This document shows, piece after piece, positions 13,261 through 28,200 of a DNA stretch of 64,000 bases. The notes below the pieces were generated by a model, which was given only the letters and a program-made list of their open reading frames with translations, made no database searches and was not told the DNA's origin. The DNA comes from Octopus vulgaris. Taxonomy: Eukaryota. The stretch spans positions 217,806,001-217,870,000 of the forward strand of contig OX597814.1 of assembly GCA_951406725.2 (NCBI GenBank). Reading direction: 5' to 3'. The position numbers and the translations under genes were made by a program. The first letter of the stretch is position 1. Each line of letters begins with the position of its first letter.

Positions 13261-14961
13261 AATGCACAGAAACTAACTGTTGGCAGATTATAAAGTAATA
13301 TTAATAACTAATGCTGGCCGTAGCAGATTATTCTCATCTGTCAACAATATAATGATGAGTGCTTTTATGCCCCATGAGTCCTTATGTGAAATCCTCTCAA
13401 GGTAAATAATGCAATATTCTGTGTTCTAACACAACCTTCACATTAAGTTGGAGATCAAGATTACCCTTTCGTATTAATACTGCTGCTATCTCAATCCACA
13501 ATGCTCTAAGAGTTTCCTTGTGGATCAGCTTTATCTAAAAATCTAAGTCTAAAAAAATTAGCTGTTTGATGAGATCACATGACCAATTAGCATTCGGATT
13601 ACTCTCTGAAATATAATGCTTATTCATTCACATTGTTTTGAATTAATCATACATTATCTTGTAGCTTTGAGATTAAACATTACAGAGGTGTGAAAAGTTG
13701 GATCTGACCAGTTTGAACACAAAACAGGTAGAATATTTGAACCGGATATGGCTGGTTTAAATGCTAAAAGAGTCAAATCAGTATCTTCTGTTTTAAGATT
13801 ATCATGTTTTAACATGGTGTAGAAAATTGAAGTTATTTTCATTTCTGATTAATTTTATATGTGGTCAAACTGCAACAATATGGTGACAATTTCACAGAAG
13901 AGCAAAAATCCTCATTATATGGTTGACCAATAGTGTTACTAGGTAACCACATTCTTAAAAAGTATTTCACAATCAAATTTTTACAGTGGTGCTTTAACAC
14001 TGAAAGCCCTTTAGTAACTAGACTAGATATGTGTTGCCTGTTAAGTTACAGACTTTCTTCTAAGATTGGGGGAAACTTTTTTACTGAAGTTTCAATTTTG
14101 AATTAGATTCTTTCTTAGAGTTATAAAGTTCTAACTCAGACTATAAAAAGAATATTACCAATTTGAGATATGCTATTCCACAAAAGTCACTGCAAATCTT
14201 AAATCAAAAGAGACCATTCCCAAATTAATTTTTACTTTTATTCTGCAGCCAGTTTATTTGAATTATTATTTTAGAGATCTTATCATGGCTAATAACAAGG
14301 AACTTAAACTTTATGCTCTAGAACACAACTCAACTTAGATATTAAAAATAAGGCAGCATGAAAGTAAAATGATTCTGTCTTCCATTTTTTGTTCCTGTTT
14401 GAGATACCGTTTTGAATCTATTTATTCCTCATGCTAATATGGGTCAGATAGAAGTTCAATAAACTTCAAAATATATTTATCAGAAAGTGCTTCTTCAGCT
14501 TGGTGTCTTTCCTTACGGCTGCTAATTTAGCCATGAAATAGGGAACGTATTACCTAATTTCAACCAGATAGACAGAGCTCAATAAAAGTAAAATGTGTGC
14601 TTGCCGAAAGAAAAGTGGAACAATAGAGATTCCTTGATTGGCACAGAACAAAATAAATGACAGTCATCTGATGCTGTGTGACAAAATATTTGAAGAAGAA
14701 TACAAAGAAAGAAACACAAATAAAATATCGGCATTCTGTCATGAGTCAACTGTTTGTCTATTTGTTTGGAAACTGTGTAAAGCTTATGTCCTTTATCTCT
14801 TGTTTCTTCATGCTTTTGTAAGCTTTCTAATTTTGCATAATTCCTTTCTTTAGATTCATGCTCGTCTGTAAATACATGTGGATGTGCATTGTTTAGTGAT
14901 TAGGGTGTTGGACACATGATTGTAAGATTGTGGTTTTGATTCTTGGACGGGGGTCAATGGA

Positions 14962-15356
14962 TTACTCTTTACTCTTTTACTCTTTTACTTGTTTCAGTCA
15001 TTTGACTGCGGCCATGCTGGAGCACCGCCTTCAATCGAGCAACTCGACCCCGGAACTTATTCTTTTGTAAGCCCAGTACTTATTCTATCGGTCTCTTTTG
15101 CTGAACCGCTAAGTAACGGGGACGTAAACACACCAGCATCGGTTGTCAATCAATGGTGGGGGGGACAAACACAGACACACATATATATATACGACGGGCT
15201 TCTTTCAGTTTCCGTCTACCAAATCCACTCACAAGGCTTTGGTCGGCCTGAGGCTATAGTAGAAGACACTTGCCCAAGATGCCACGCAGTGGGACTGAAC
15301 CCGGAACCATGTGGTTGGTAAACAAGCTACTTACCACACAGCCACTCCTGTGCCTA
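14962..15356 (-). mobile_element. tRNA-derived SINE, family B
   Basis: Head AGGAGTGGCTGTGTGGTAAG..GGGTTCAGTCCC, CTTGGGCAAGT core, internal microsatellite, (GTAAAAGA)n tail; nested in an older SINE at about 14875-15530. Confidence 0.9.
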
Positions 15357-16188
15357 TTATATTATTGAGCAAAGCAATTCACTTTGTGTTGCTCCAATAC
15401 ACTCAGCTGATGTAAGTGAGTAATCCTATGCTAGACCAGCATCTCATTCAAGCGGGGATATATACATGCCACAGAAACTGGGAAACTGGCCTTATGAGTC
15501 TATGCAACTCAAGAAGGGGTTTTATTCTTTATCCTGTAAATACATGTCAGTCTATGATTTCAAGTTCTTGAATGCTTCAATATTTCATAATTACAAATGC
15601 ATAACTGAAACCCATCCAAAATAAAATATTTCTCATATTTGTACCTGAATTTAATTGTTTTATAGACAGTTTTACTAAACCAATATTTTATTTACTGAAT
15701 ATAACTCTACAGAAAATATAGAGTAAAGTTGAGCCATTCCAACACTAAAGACAAGTATACAGAAAAAAGTTGGGCCATTCTAACACTGAAGACAATGTGC
15801 TCATAATTAGGGAGATCTCTTATGTGTTTGCCTCATTAATTACATCCATGCAATAGGTCTGCCATAGCAGAGATGACTGGAGCACCAAAACAATAGCAGT
15901 AGTCAGTTGTTATAAACAGCAGTAGTGATAGCTGCTAAATACTACCATTATAAATTATACATTTTCAGCAGTGGAGGAAGGAACTGGAAAACTGAAGAAC
16001 CTATAAAGTCTATGGGAAAGATCCCTTCCTCCAGACTAAATCAACAGCAAAGGAAAAGAAATCCTCAATAAAATTTAATTAGAATAAAGACTGAAGTGAG
16101 AGCCTTCTGAATTAAATAGCTTGAAGTATTGAATGTAATTCTTCTGTGTTCTGAGTTCAAACCTCCACCAGGATACAAGTCTTCCATT

Positions 16189-16358
16189 TTAGTTAGTTAG
16201 TTAATTTTTTGACTCAAAAAGCAAAAAGCAAGGCCATGTAGGGGGACATGGAGTTATGTACAGGGTAGTGTTCATGTAAAGAGTTCAGGCCACTTGAGGT
16301 CAAGGGAGACTTTGAACCGAGCGGTCGTCAGCATCTTCACCATCTCGTCTGGCAGCTC
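16189..16358 (-). mobile_element. CR1/L2-like LINE 3' end
   Basis: Minus strand ELPDEMVKMLTTARFKVSLDLKWPELFT*, short 3' UTR and (CTAA)n tail. Confidence 0.7.
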
Positions 16359-19300
16359 AAAGTCAAACACTGAACATGTATTGAAGCTAATTAAATTAAT
16401 GACATTCACATTGTGGTTGGTCAGTATTAGGAGACCAACATAAGGTCAATTAAACAAGGCTATGATTAACTAAGTAAATAATTTGGTTTACAATTATGAT
16501 ATATATTTAACACGGTATTTCAGCAATCTAATGACAATAGAAGTTGATTAATTAGCATTGTTTAACAATGAAACCAATTTAAAAACCATTCGTAAGATAT
16601 ATGAAATACTGTCCAAACTATATTGATTAAAGGAACAAAGGTAACAATATGAAAGTAAAAGCCAAACTTCTTCAGAATACCAATTAAAGTAACAGTTCCA
16701 AAACTCTATTCAAATTGGTTCTAAGTTAAAAAGAAGAAAGAAAAACTGCAAAATACTAGAGTAATGCAGAACTTTATGTGTACAATCATTTCAAGGGTTT
16801 GAGTCCACATTTAAATATATAGAGATCTTGCCAAACTAAGACATAGCTTATATTTAACAAGAAACTTTCTAAACTATTAGTCTGACACAATAGATTTATA
16901 GAAATACTCTTTCTACTCTATCAAACAATATTCTAGGGACAAAAGAAAACATAAAATATATAGGGAATCAAAAAATTAAGACTAAAACTTAAATATGAAG
17001 AAGAGTTATTATACAGATGACCATTATATAACAAGATATTCCCAAACTGAAGTAATATTTTAGAAGTGCCATTTTTATCAATATGAGATGTAATTGACAA
17101 TATTTCCCTAAGATATTATTCACATGGAAAGGTTAATTCTAGCTGGAAAAAGACCTTAAAAAAACAAAACAATATAAAATAATGAAAATTGATTTAAAAA
17201 TTAACCAAGCTAAATATATAGCCATTACCCAAAACATTCACTATATTAGATGGTAAAGATAAACAATAATGTCAAATATAGTTGTGATGATCTGGAGTTG
17301 CAAAAATGAACAGATTGCATGGAGAAATCAAATAACTTTGAAAACATAAAGTTTTCTCAAACTTCTGCTTGAATATTTGTGATAAGCAGCATTGGAAGAA
17401 TAAACAAACTGAAGCAACACAAATAAACAGCTAGTAGGATGAGAAGGGATGGGACCAGAGAAAAGAAGAGCAACTAAAAAAAACAACAACAACAACAGGA
17501 GGTTGGAAGACTGGCCTGAAAACTGAGTGAATAGCAAATTTATCAAAGAGAAATTCAGTGAGACTACATTCCAATACAACTGATAAAATCTGCAATAACT
17601 GACTTGGCTTTTCTAAAAAATAATGTCCTTTGGCAAAATAAATAATTGCATCATGAAAATAAGGTTTTCAAGGTCAGAAACAGTTTTACAGAAATCTAAA
17701 CCTGTCACAGCCTAAAGTTTTCCAAGATTTTTTTGTCTTAGTTTTATTTTATTATTTTTTTTTATTGCCTCATTTTCTTCTAAATATTTGGGAAAGAGCC
17801 AACATGCATGTGGATGTGGACTACAAAAGAATATTATAGCAGAATAATACATTTTTTAAAGCTCTTGTGTCTAATGACTCCTAATATGAACTCAACTGAA
17901 GTTTGTTAGGACATTGCTCAAAAGAAAGGCTACTTCACAATTCAATGCTTAAAGTCAAAATTTAAATTCTCAACTATAAGCAAAACCCAAGTGTATTGCA
18001 ATTATAAAGAATGATGCATTTGTATTATATAATACATCAACAAACAAAAATATATGATAGATAATATGGTAATCTACTGAAAACATTTATTAACAAGTTC
18101 ATTTTCTATTTAAAGTTATTTAAACTTATTTAAAGTTAAACATTAGCTGAACATTGCAGTAAACATTCATTCATAAGTTCATATCTGCAGTAAACCTTTC
18201 AATGTCTAAGCAAGGTGTTTAAACTCACACCGTTTCAACTGGAGAATTCACACTATGGATTACATCCTATCCAAGAAAGACATTAAAAATATTTTTTTTC
18301 TGCCCATGATTTTGTATACAGCAAGTCTTTAATCATGTGTGTGAATATGGCCTGCTAACATGTAGCATGCTTTCACTTATTGCTTTATGTAGTGTTTCTC
18401 ATCATGAGCAAACACAGACACTCTCTCAGCCCACTGACCTTTGACCCAGCAGCACATCCAATATATGACAGTTGGAGTGAGAGAGCTGTACTAACTGCCA
18501 ACTGGTACTCATTTACAGCTGAGTAGACTAGAACAACATCAAATAAAGTGCTTTACTCATACCACCCTGTCCAGAAACTGAACCCCAAACCTTATGATCG
18601 TGAACCAAACACCCTAGCCATTAGGCCATATACTTTTACAATTTAATCTGAAAAGGACAGATAGTGCCTACAACCTTGACTTGTAAAAGTATAAACGGAA
18701 TTTGTGAAGTGATCGTTGATAATTATAAAACAGTCACAATGCAGTACATGATGCTCTGCTCAGACTCAGAGAATAGCACAAATTGGAAAATAATGCTCTA
18801 GGCATGGCTGGCTGTGAGATTAAAAAGCTTGTTTTGCAGCCATGTGGCTTTGAGTTCAGTCCCACTCTGTGGAACCTTGAGCAAGAGCTTTCTGTTATAG
18901 CCTTGGATTGACCAATGCTGTGTGAGTGAATTTGGTAGATGGAAAGTGTGGGGAAACCCATTGTGTGAGTGTGTGTGTTCTTCCTTCCCTCCCCAAGAAT
19001 CAACAAAAGTGACCACTAGAATAGGTGCTAAACTTAAAAAATAAGAATTGGGGTCAACCTGTTCAACCAAAACACTTCATGGCAATGTCCTAAACGCAGT
19101 CCAATGATTGAAGCAAGCAAAAGATAAAAGGTGATATCGGTCAGCAAGTACAATTACAGAGAACAACTATTTTGGTCTCCTTTCTGAAAATCTTATTGTC
19201 CACTCCACTATTACCACTCATATTAATATCTGTTTTTCCTATTTCCAGAACAAGCTTTCCTCCATTTCTCTGTATCTTCATATTTCACCTATGATATCTA

Positions 19301-19401
19301 ATTTTTCATGTCACCCTGGTTACATAACAACTAGCCAATGGCTAACTCTTCAGTCAATATAAACCATGTGTAATATGTGTTCATAATTAGGTAGTTCATT
19401 A

Positions 19402-19604
19402 AGGTGCAAGCTAGCAGACTCATTAGCACACCAGGCAAAATGCTAAAGCAGCAGTTCATTCAACCTTATCTTCTGTGTTCAAATTCCGCAAAGGTAGACT
19501 TTGCCTTTCATCCTTTCAGGGTCAATGAAATAAGCACCAGTTGAACATGGGTCAATGTAATTGACTTATCCTGTTCTCCGAAACTTGTGCCAAAATTTGA
19601 AACT
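19402..19604 (+). mobile_element. Old SINE family C with 19-bp TSD
   Basis: TTCAAATTCC..GACTTTGCCTTTCATCCTTTC core; ATAATTAGGTAGTTCATTA at 19383-19401 and 19605-19623; relatives near 20690-20900, 25690-25900, 58895-59110 and 62190-62412. Confidence 0.7.
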
Positions 19605-19649
19605 ATAATTAGGTAGTTCATTACTAACTTGTGTTTAGTTATAAATGCC

Positions 19650-19880
19650 TTAATCCTTTTGTTACCATATTTCCAATGAAATACACAGCCTTTGTTTCTA
19701 TCAATTTTGAAAATAGCAGTTATTTTACTGATCTCTTCATTATTATCGAGCAGCTGATGTTTGGAAGACAAATTAACATGAAATTTTGAAGAGATGCTTT
19801 AATTGAGATCACGGTAAAACAGGAAGTTTGTATCAAGGAATCAGGATCAGTCTCAGGTGGGTTAGTATCAAAAGGGTTAA
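19650..19880. mobile_element. piggyBac-like MITE family P2
   Basis: TTAA|TCCTTTTG...CAAAAGGG|TTAA; homologous to 26941-27174. Confidence 0.7.
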
Positions 19881-21309
19881 CAATCTCATTCTTAGCAAGT
19901 TCCATTCAGTCTTTTAATGCATTCACATACTCTTAAGTCACAGTATTTCTTCAACCACCAATTTTTTTAAAAAACTACTTCAAGAAAAGCAATCTTGTAT
20001 AAGAATTTTAATTTGTTTCTTAGAGTGCACAGACCTAATCATTTAAAAGTTTGGTTCTTTCGGGAACAAAAACTAATAGAGATAATTTAAAAAACAGTGT
20101 AGCAATAAGGTCTAGTAGTTTAAATGTTCAGCTTACAGACTAATGGTGAAATTCTGACTCAAAATCTACTTCAGACATTCTGTTTTGTTGTATGACATCA
20201 TTTCACTTCTAACAGTTACCTAACTGGATGTAGCTACTGCCCTTAGCCCATGTCTTACATATCTGGATTTAAGAAAGGTATTCAGTATAAATTATGCTCT
20301 TCCATTAGTTTATACAAATTTGAGATTTTCAGAATCTAATACATGATTCAATTAGGGAAAAAATAAATATAAACATATTGAGTGTTTTTTAAATCTCAAA
20401 AAGATATTACAATGCTTTTTTTATGCTATTTCACTTTTATTAGTCCATCATTATAAAAACAACAACAAAGATGACAAACCTAACTAGTTTGTGTGGTCTG
20501 TAAGGTATTTTCATTTGTAAATAATACCGTCATGATATGATTCACCCACTGATGAATGTATCTGGTTATGTAAAGTTTAACTATAAATCATGATAACTAT
20601 ATGATATAAACAAAATACTAATAGAAAACCTACAATCTTATAATTTTATAAATTCAAGATAATCTTACAATAGGAATTCAGTTATGGGCTTGAGCTGGCA
20701 TAATTGACTCAATTCCTTATCTAAAATGTCATATCTTTTACCTATTTTAAAAATCAGTACTACAATCGAAGTTGAAATTCCACCAAGGTTGACTTTGCCC
20801 CTCATCATACCACATTCAATAGATACGTACCAATAATATACCAACTACACTCCACTCCATAAAGGTTGGTGGCACTCTGTGACAAAATTAGAAATTAATA
20901 GCTAAATACATTTCAGTATTTAATTACATCCCTCTATGTACTGAATTCAGATCCGAATGAGGAAAATGACTTTGCCATTTGTCCATCAAGAGACCACCAA
21001 AATAAGTACCAATAATCAGTTGAATAAATTATAAACCATCTTCATAAATGTGACCCCTACCACCCAGAAATTATTACTGCCATCATCGTTTATGTTAAAA
21101 TCTTAATGTAAAGAAGAACACAGACAAAGTTATGCAAAAACTAAAAAAAAAAAATACTCTAATAGCCTTTCCATAAAAAAATATTAGTAAGGAACTGTAA
21201 AGAATTCTTAAACAAAGTTTACCCATCTAGAAGGCACCTAGTAGGAGCCTGTTTGCTATGATACATAAAAAGTCTAAACAAAACACTACAGCTGCACAGT
21301 TTCTCAGCT

Positions 21310-21440
21310 GTGTGTGCATATTCTTGTCAGTTGCCTTTTAAGAGCAGGAATTTCAAGGGAGGCTGTCACGTGAATTACACATACCTTTAAGTTATTCAAA
21401 AACAAGCAATCAAGAGGATTTATATCAGGAAAATCTTTTC
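21310..21440 (-). mobile_element. Tc1-like transposase C-terminal remnant
   Basis: FPDINPLDCLFLNNLK resembles the SPDLNPLD..W..LK motif. Confidence 0.35.
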
Positions 21441-23458
21441 TAGATGTTGTTAACGGTGGGAGGGGGGGGGAAAGAAAGATAGAAGAAAATAGTGCAGGTG
21501 AATGTATGAAGGAACATAGGATGCTGATAAACCAAGTCACTTTTAATCACAACTTATGCAAAATAATCCATTTAAGTAGCCATTATCTTGTTCTTATTAC
21601 TCTTAGATGTTCACAGTATTCCACAGACTTCAAATTGGAGGCAACACAATCTAGTATTTAATCTAGTAAAAATCCAGTAAACGATAGGAAATATCATTTA
21701 TAATTAATTCCATATGCACCATTGGTCACCCCCCTCTCTTTATCCACCATTCACTAGATCTACACCTCAAGCCTATCCAATCAAGTTGTCACCTACTCCT
21801 CTCTATCAGTCACTCAACACTTCATTTACTACATTCACCCCCTCACCCACTCCCTATCTCTCACTCCTGCAATCTCTACCCACCTACATGCCCACTTCTT
21901 CTGCCTCCACTCACTTCTACTCGCTTTGTAAGTTGAGGGTTCATACAGACACTTCATCATTACTACTTTTTATCTCTTCCCTGTTCCAGCTTCATTGCCC
22001 ACACCCACTCTTTTAAAATATGAGTAACCATGTAGCAGCCTCTACAGCAAGAAATCTGTTTCTGTCCTGGCCTCTTCTCTCATAGTTTTAACTCCTCATC
22101 TCCCAGCATAAAGCCACTAGCACTGGTGACATGAAAAAAGCACTCACTATACAATGAAAAGTGCTTGGCTTTAGGAAGGGTATCCAACTATAGAAACTAT
22201 ACTAAAGTAGACAGTGAAACTCAATGCAGTCCTTGCGTTCATCAAATCTCATCAAACTGTTCAATCTATACCAACATCGAACACGGGCATATGATGATGA
22301 AAGAATTTTTTATTATATACTTTCTATTTACTTATTTAAACATGCAGACTAATCTTGAATATAAAAATAATTTTCTATACTAATTTTCTTGCTTTTTTGA
22401 AATACTATTTTACATGCTTTTCTATATGAGTTTTGACGATGGATGGTCTTTGTAACCACTCAACTGTAAAAAAAACTAATTGTCTAAAGCACAAAGTTAC
22501 AACCTTGGTGAGGGATATGATACAAAGACATAGTCTGTTGTTCAGCCTGTTAATCTCACATCTGTTATCACTTTGTGGTTACCTGATAACATATACGACA
22601 CATCAAGTATACTGTTTGATAAGGTTGTCAATATTGGTGTTTGTTTTACTTCAAAAGCAGATCTGATAAAACCAATAGTCACAGAATCTCAACATTGATT
22701 TGAACTCAGATTAATGGAGTATTGAACTGCATAATAAGAAATACTGAGACCTAGTTTCAGTTAGCTTTTGCTAAACTGAACTATGCGTCATTTTTTGTAG
22801 CTAAAGATATTTATCAATGTTAGATCGGTTCTGTTATCTTATCTCTAAAAATTTGCATATTTTTGATAACTAGGTGAAGAAAGGCAGTTAACAAAATGCC
22901 TGCAGCAGATTTGGGTTCATAATAAACGAGCCGAGAGCTTCATACATTATGCACCCAGCTATCTTGACCATCAGTACAAAATATAACAGGAAACATCACA
23001 GAATAAAGTGATAGAGGAAATATTTTATGATGTTCCTATCATTTTCAAAGTTATTGGCAATGTGAATGAAATGAAATAGCTACAACAAAGAATATAAACT
23101 TTGTTGTAGACTTGACTAATCAGAAGATTTCTCGGCAGCACTTAGCACTAAAAGAATGTTTATAGCATAAACAGTCTTCAAAAGTTGTCCACTATAACCT
23201 AATTCCAATGCCTTTACACAGCAAGCAACATATTTTTGACTCTTAAATTGGTACTCACAAATGTATACTATTCAATGTGTGTATATTTATATCTTAATAC
23301 TACTAAATGTCTGCATTTGCTGCTGCAAAGACCACCTTATCACCATTGCTTTCATGTTCACTCATCCACACTTGCACAGGTCAGACAGAATTCGTTGAGG
23401 TAGATGCTCCTGTTGGTGCGTACTCACACCTGTTTCCAAGAAAGGAAACCATGCCTTC

Positions 23459-24860
23459 GGGGGGGGGGGGGGGAAGTTATGAAGCAGATAGAAGAGACGG
23501 GCTATAAGTACTTGGGGTATTTTGGAAATGGAGAAATTGATGGAGAAAGAAATGACAGAAAAATTTAAGTTGGAGTACTTGCGCAGACTGAGACTGGTCC
23601 TTAAGTCGAAATTAAATGGACAGAATAAGATTGAAGCTATCAACACCTGGGCGGTTTCACTCCTTAGATATGGAGCAGGAGTAATCGCATGGACAGTAGA
23701 CGAACTAAACAGCTTAGACAGAGAGACAAGGAAGTTGCTAACTAGATATGGGGCACTCCATGCAAAAAAGTGACACAGACAGACTGTATGTAGCAAGAAA
23801 AAGAGGGGGAAGAGGACTTATTGGATGTGAGCATAGCATTAGAGCAGAAGTAAACAACATAGCATGGTATGTGAATAATGCTATGGAACTGCTATTATTA
23901 GAAGTAAGAAGGTCAGGCTTGTGTAGGATGAAATATTGCAAAGATAAAGCACTATACAAGAAATTGAAAATGACTGAAACTGAAAATAGGTGGGTTAAAA
24001 AATAAAATGCATGGTCAATTTCATAGGGATGTTGAAGATAAGACAGACAGAGAAAAATGATGGCTGTGGATGACTAAAAGTGATTTAAAACCAAAAACAG
24101 AGACACTAATCTGTGCTGCCCAAGAGCAAGCACTAAGAACAAACTACATAAAATACAGAATACACAACACAGCAAAAAGTGATAAGTGCAGAATCTGTGG
24201 ACAAAACGGTGAAACCGTATGGCATATTACCAGCCAATGTACACCACTAGCCCAGAAGAAATATATGAGACACCATGACAATATAGCCAGGCTTGTCCAT
24301 TGGACACTCTGCAACAAATATGGATTTGACAGAGCAAAAAATTGGTATGACCACAAATCTGAAGGCGTTGTCGAAAATAAAAATGCAAAGATCCTATGGG
24401 ATTTTATGATTCAGTGCGACCATGAGATTGAGAATAGGAAGCCGGACATAGCCTTAATTGAGAAAGAAAACAAACCATGCTGGATCACAGACATAGCATG
24501 CCCAGCTGACAACAAGGTATGCGATAAGGAAGAAAGAAAAGTCGAGAGATATGACAGGTTAGCTTGGGAAGTTAAGCAGTTGTGGTCGATGAAAAAGGTG
24601 GTAGTAGTATCAATAATTATTGGAGCCCTGGGAACAGTGAGCAAAAATCTCGAGAAGTACGTGGAACAAATAGGGGCTGCAATAAGGATTTAGCGCTTGC
24701 TGAAAACAGCACTGCTTGGAACCGCTCGAATACTCCGGAAGGTGCTTGAAAAATAAGAGGTGTTACCTTAGTTCACTGGTAGTGAACAGCTGACACCGTA
24801 GTACATCTCCAGCATTAGAAACTGTGCAAAAGCAATAATAATAATAATAATAATAATAAT
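23459..24860 (+). mobile_element. 5'-truncated R4/Dong-clade non-LTR retrotransposon (RT thumb, CCHC knuckle, restriction-like endonuclease)
   Basis: YKYLG, RLYVARKRGGRGL, CRICGQNGETVWHITSQC, RHHD-like, RKPDI..DIACP; frameshifts and stops; ends in (AAT)n. Confidence 0.9.
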
Positions 24861-24899
24861 AAAGCCAAATTAAAGATACACCTCCCTAACAGAAAACAA

Positions 24900-25560
24900 C
24901 AAAACTCAAAGCTGATACTGAAGGATTGTTGATCATAATACAAGATTAAAGCCTTCACATCAAAAAGAAAAAGCTACAAAAAAACCCCAAAAAACCATGA
25001 AGCAGAGTATAAAAAGTAACTTCAGAATATGTGGAGGCTATGAAAAAAAAAACCCCCAAAAACCCATTGTTTCTGACTGCCTAGTCTCAAACGAAACGGA
25101 AAAATGGAATATATAAACAGAAACAATAGGGTTTCAATGTGTCATAAACTGGAATAAATATCAATATGAAGGGAAATCCACAGAAAAGAGGTGGTAAAAC
25201 ATGCTACAAAATGTTTCAAAGCATGACAAATTGATGATACTCTGGGGATATTCCAATTCATTCACAGAGAAATTATGACAAATCTCTCAGGTATTATTGT
25301 CAAAGAACATTGAGAGAAATAGATTGACATATAAATTCCGAAAGATGATAATATAGTTCTGAAGAAAGAAAGTCCAAATGCAAAGTGGTATCTAGCTAGA
25401 ATGTGAAGAGTGAATATAGGAACAATCCTAATAATTAGTGCCTTGGGAATGGCAAAAAAGGAAGGAAAAAGAAGCAGACAAATATATAAATATACAAATA
25501 AAACCCCATGGCATACAAAATACAGACAGTAGCCATGACTAGCCACTGCACATATATATT
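24900..25560 (+). mobile_element. Older degraded R4/Dong-like remnant
   Basis: Broken frames LKADTEGLLIIIQD, LWxxIPIH, IISALGM parallel the adjacent Dong copy. Confidence 0.5.
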
Positions 25561-26940
25561 TATTACTTAGAGCTAAAAAACACCAACAGAAAAATACATA
25601 TAAGTAAGGAAGGTAAATGGAGTTAAAGACAAGAGTATACTGAAAGCATATAGTAGCAATAAGACTATTGGAATATTAATAAAAACAATAACTGTTTCAA
25701 ATTTTGGCAGAAGGCCAGTAATTTTAGGAGGAGGGGGGTGTTAGTTGAATACAACAACCCTTGTATTTGACTAATATTTTAGTGACCCTGAAACGATGAA
25801 AGGTAAAGTTAACTTTGGCAGGATGTGAACTCAGAATGTAAACAGCCTGAAGAAATGCAGCTAAGCATTTTATCTAATGCACTAAATATTCTGCTAGCTT
25901 TTCACAGAGTCATCTCAAAAACATCCATACACTTCAATACATAACAATGATAATAATTGTTTGTAAGGTGTGTATTTGGGGAGGGGAATGGTTAATTATA
26001 CTAACGCAAGTACTTGACTTGTACTTTATTTTAGTGACCCTAGCCTTGACTGCTATTTTATTTTATCATCCCCCTGATGGATGAAAGGCAAAGTTCACTT
26101 TGATGGGATGTGAACCCAGAGAATAAAGAAATCAGAAGAAATACCACAAGGTTCAACACAACAACAACAACAGCAATGATTTCTAATTATTGGTACAAGG
26201 ACAATGAATAAGAGTACAGTTTGCAAAAAGTACAGGGGTTTACAAAGAAACTGAATGCATGAAGAAAAAATAGTATACAAAAATTTGATAGAGACCCCAT
26301 AGAGAAAAGCTGCACCTACCCAGGATTTCCAGATTATAGATACAGGTTAAGTATAGGCCTATTCACCCAGGCTTTGCTCATTGCACTCAGTCACCTTTCA
26401 ATTAATTTCAGTTGACAAGATAAATATAAGGCCACAAAGTTTGTAGAATGGTATACTCAATCATATAGACTCCAGTATTTGTGTGACACTTATTTTATTG
26501 ATTTGAATGATAAAAGGCAAAGTCAATCTGAGCAGGATTTGAACTAAGAAATCCCAATAATTTCTTAACTGGCACAAAGCTGTAATGAGCTATTTTTCTG
26601 TCAACATAATCATTTGCTATAATTATATAGATTCAAGTTAAAGGAGTTAGGTTCAAGGAAAATTTATACACTCAAGGAGATTAATAACCTAAGCTTAAAC
26701 ATGAAACTGAAATTCACGTTTTGTGTGTGTGTGTGTGTGTGAGATAGAGAGAGAGCGAGATTGTTTGGTACAGGCCGAAGACTGCAGACAAGGGCAAAAA
26801 TAGACCATATTTACAGCATATAGGTACATCAGTCATAATTATGATTCCTATTCATGAGCTGTAATCCCATGCTAACAACTCTATGCTAGTTGCACAAGTA
26901 AAAGCAAGGGGAGAAAGTGTTGCAGCAGGGGCAGTTAGCT

Positions 26941-27174
26941 TTAACCCTTTTCTTAACATAATTTCTGTTGAGATGTTCTGTGTTTCTTTCAATCACTTTT
27001 AAATAGAACAAAGAATTTAGTAAAATAACTTAGTTATCATTAAGCTGGTGCTATGAACATAAATTGTGAATAAGGTCAATTGGTGGAAGATTTTAATTCA
27101 GAACTTTTAAAAACAAGACATTTCTACTATAGAGCCAGACGCAGCTTCAGGTGGTTTGGTGTCAAAAGGGTTAA
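26941..27174. mobile_element. piggyBac-like MITE family P2
   Basis: TTAA|CCCTTTT...AAAAGGG|TTAA. Confidence 0.72.
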
Positions 27175-27179
27175 AGAGA

Positions 27180-28200
27180 GGCCTGGACAGATGACTGCAA
27201 TGCTTCTGAATCAGAAAGTAAGGCAATAGCTTTATCAAGGAAAGGAAGCCCATCAAACCTTGGAAACTGCAAGTTGCCTATAGTAAAGCATCTTGAGATT
27301 TAGGGTGTAATCATAGATGGACGGAAAGCTGGGGTGGGCAGAACAAGTGTTCACTATATAACAGAGCTGCATAAAGTCTTAGGGCTCTGAGACACATAAT
27401 TTACAAAGCATTATGTAGCATGCCTATCTATGTTTGATAAATACCTCACACATACTTAGCTGTGGAGGCGCAATGGCCCAGTGTTTAGGGCAGCGGACTC
27501 GCGGTCGTAGGATCGCGGTTTCGATTCCCAGACCGGGCATTGTGAGTGTTTATTGAGCGAAAACACCTAAAGCTCCATGAGGCTCCGACAGGGATGGTGG
27601 TGATCCCTGCTGTACTCTTTCACCACAACTTTCTCTCACTCTTACTTCCTGTTTCTGTTGTACCTGTATTTCAAAGGGCCAGCCTTGTCACTCTGTGTCA
27701 CGCTGAATATCCCCGAAAACTACGTTAAGGGTACACGTGTCTGTGGAGTGCTCAGCCACTTACACGTTAATTTCACAAGCAGGCTGTTCCGTTGATCGGA
27801 TCAACCAGAACCCTCGTCATTGTAACCGACGGAGTGCTTCCATCCACACATACTCAGCTAACTCTCTGCAGTCCAAAAAATCTCTTAGGATCATTGAAGT
27901 TGAAGGAGGAATGCTGCAAAGATGCTGCAAAGATGAATAGCTTTACTACAGTAATCGACAAAAGTCACACAGGCCATGGCCTATAAGAACTTAGTAATGC
28001 AACAACTTCAATATGAAAGACCCAAGCTGGTACATTTAACCTGTGCATGGCATCTCAATGCTCACTCAATACCAAGACACACATTGTGAACAGGAGTTTT
28101 CTGCACTTGATTATCAGAATATGGAACAAACCTCCAGAAATTATCTTGGTTGACAAGGTCCAGGCTTTCTAAGGCCAGCTGCATAAACACTGATGGTCAC
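27180..28200 (+). mobile_element. Very old CR1/L2-like remnant split by a SINE
   Basis: LEI*GVIID-like segment near 27292 and RIWNKPPEI near 28116; heavily decayed. Confidence 0.3.
27462..27844 (+). mobile_element. tRNA-derived SINE, family A (body 1)
   Basis: A box TGGCCCAGTG and B box GGTTTCGATTCC; TSD CACACATACTYAGCT; near-identical to 40876-41258. Confidence 0.9.

Noticed and set aside
16500-17450. Possible very old RT remnant (DDLEL-like near 17286)
   Set aside because: Too decayed to support by eye.
27464-27536. tRNA gene (also 40877-40949 and 3850-3922)
   Set aside because: tRNA-like heads continue into SINE bodies with TSDs; imperfect cloverleaf.
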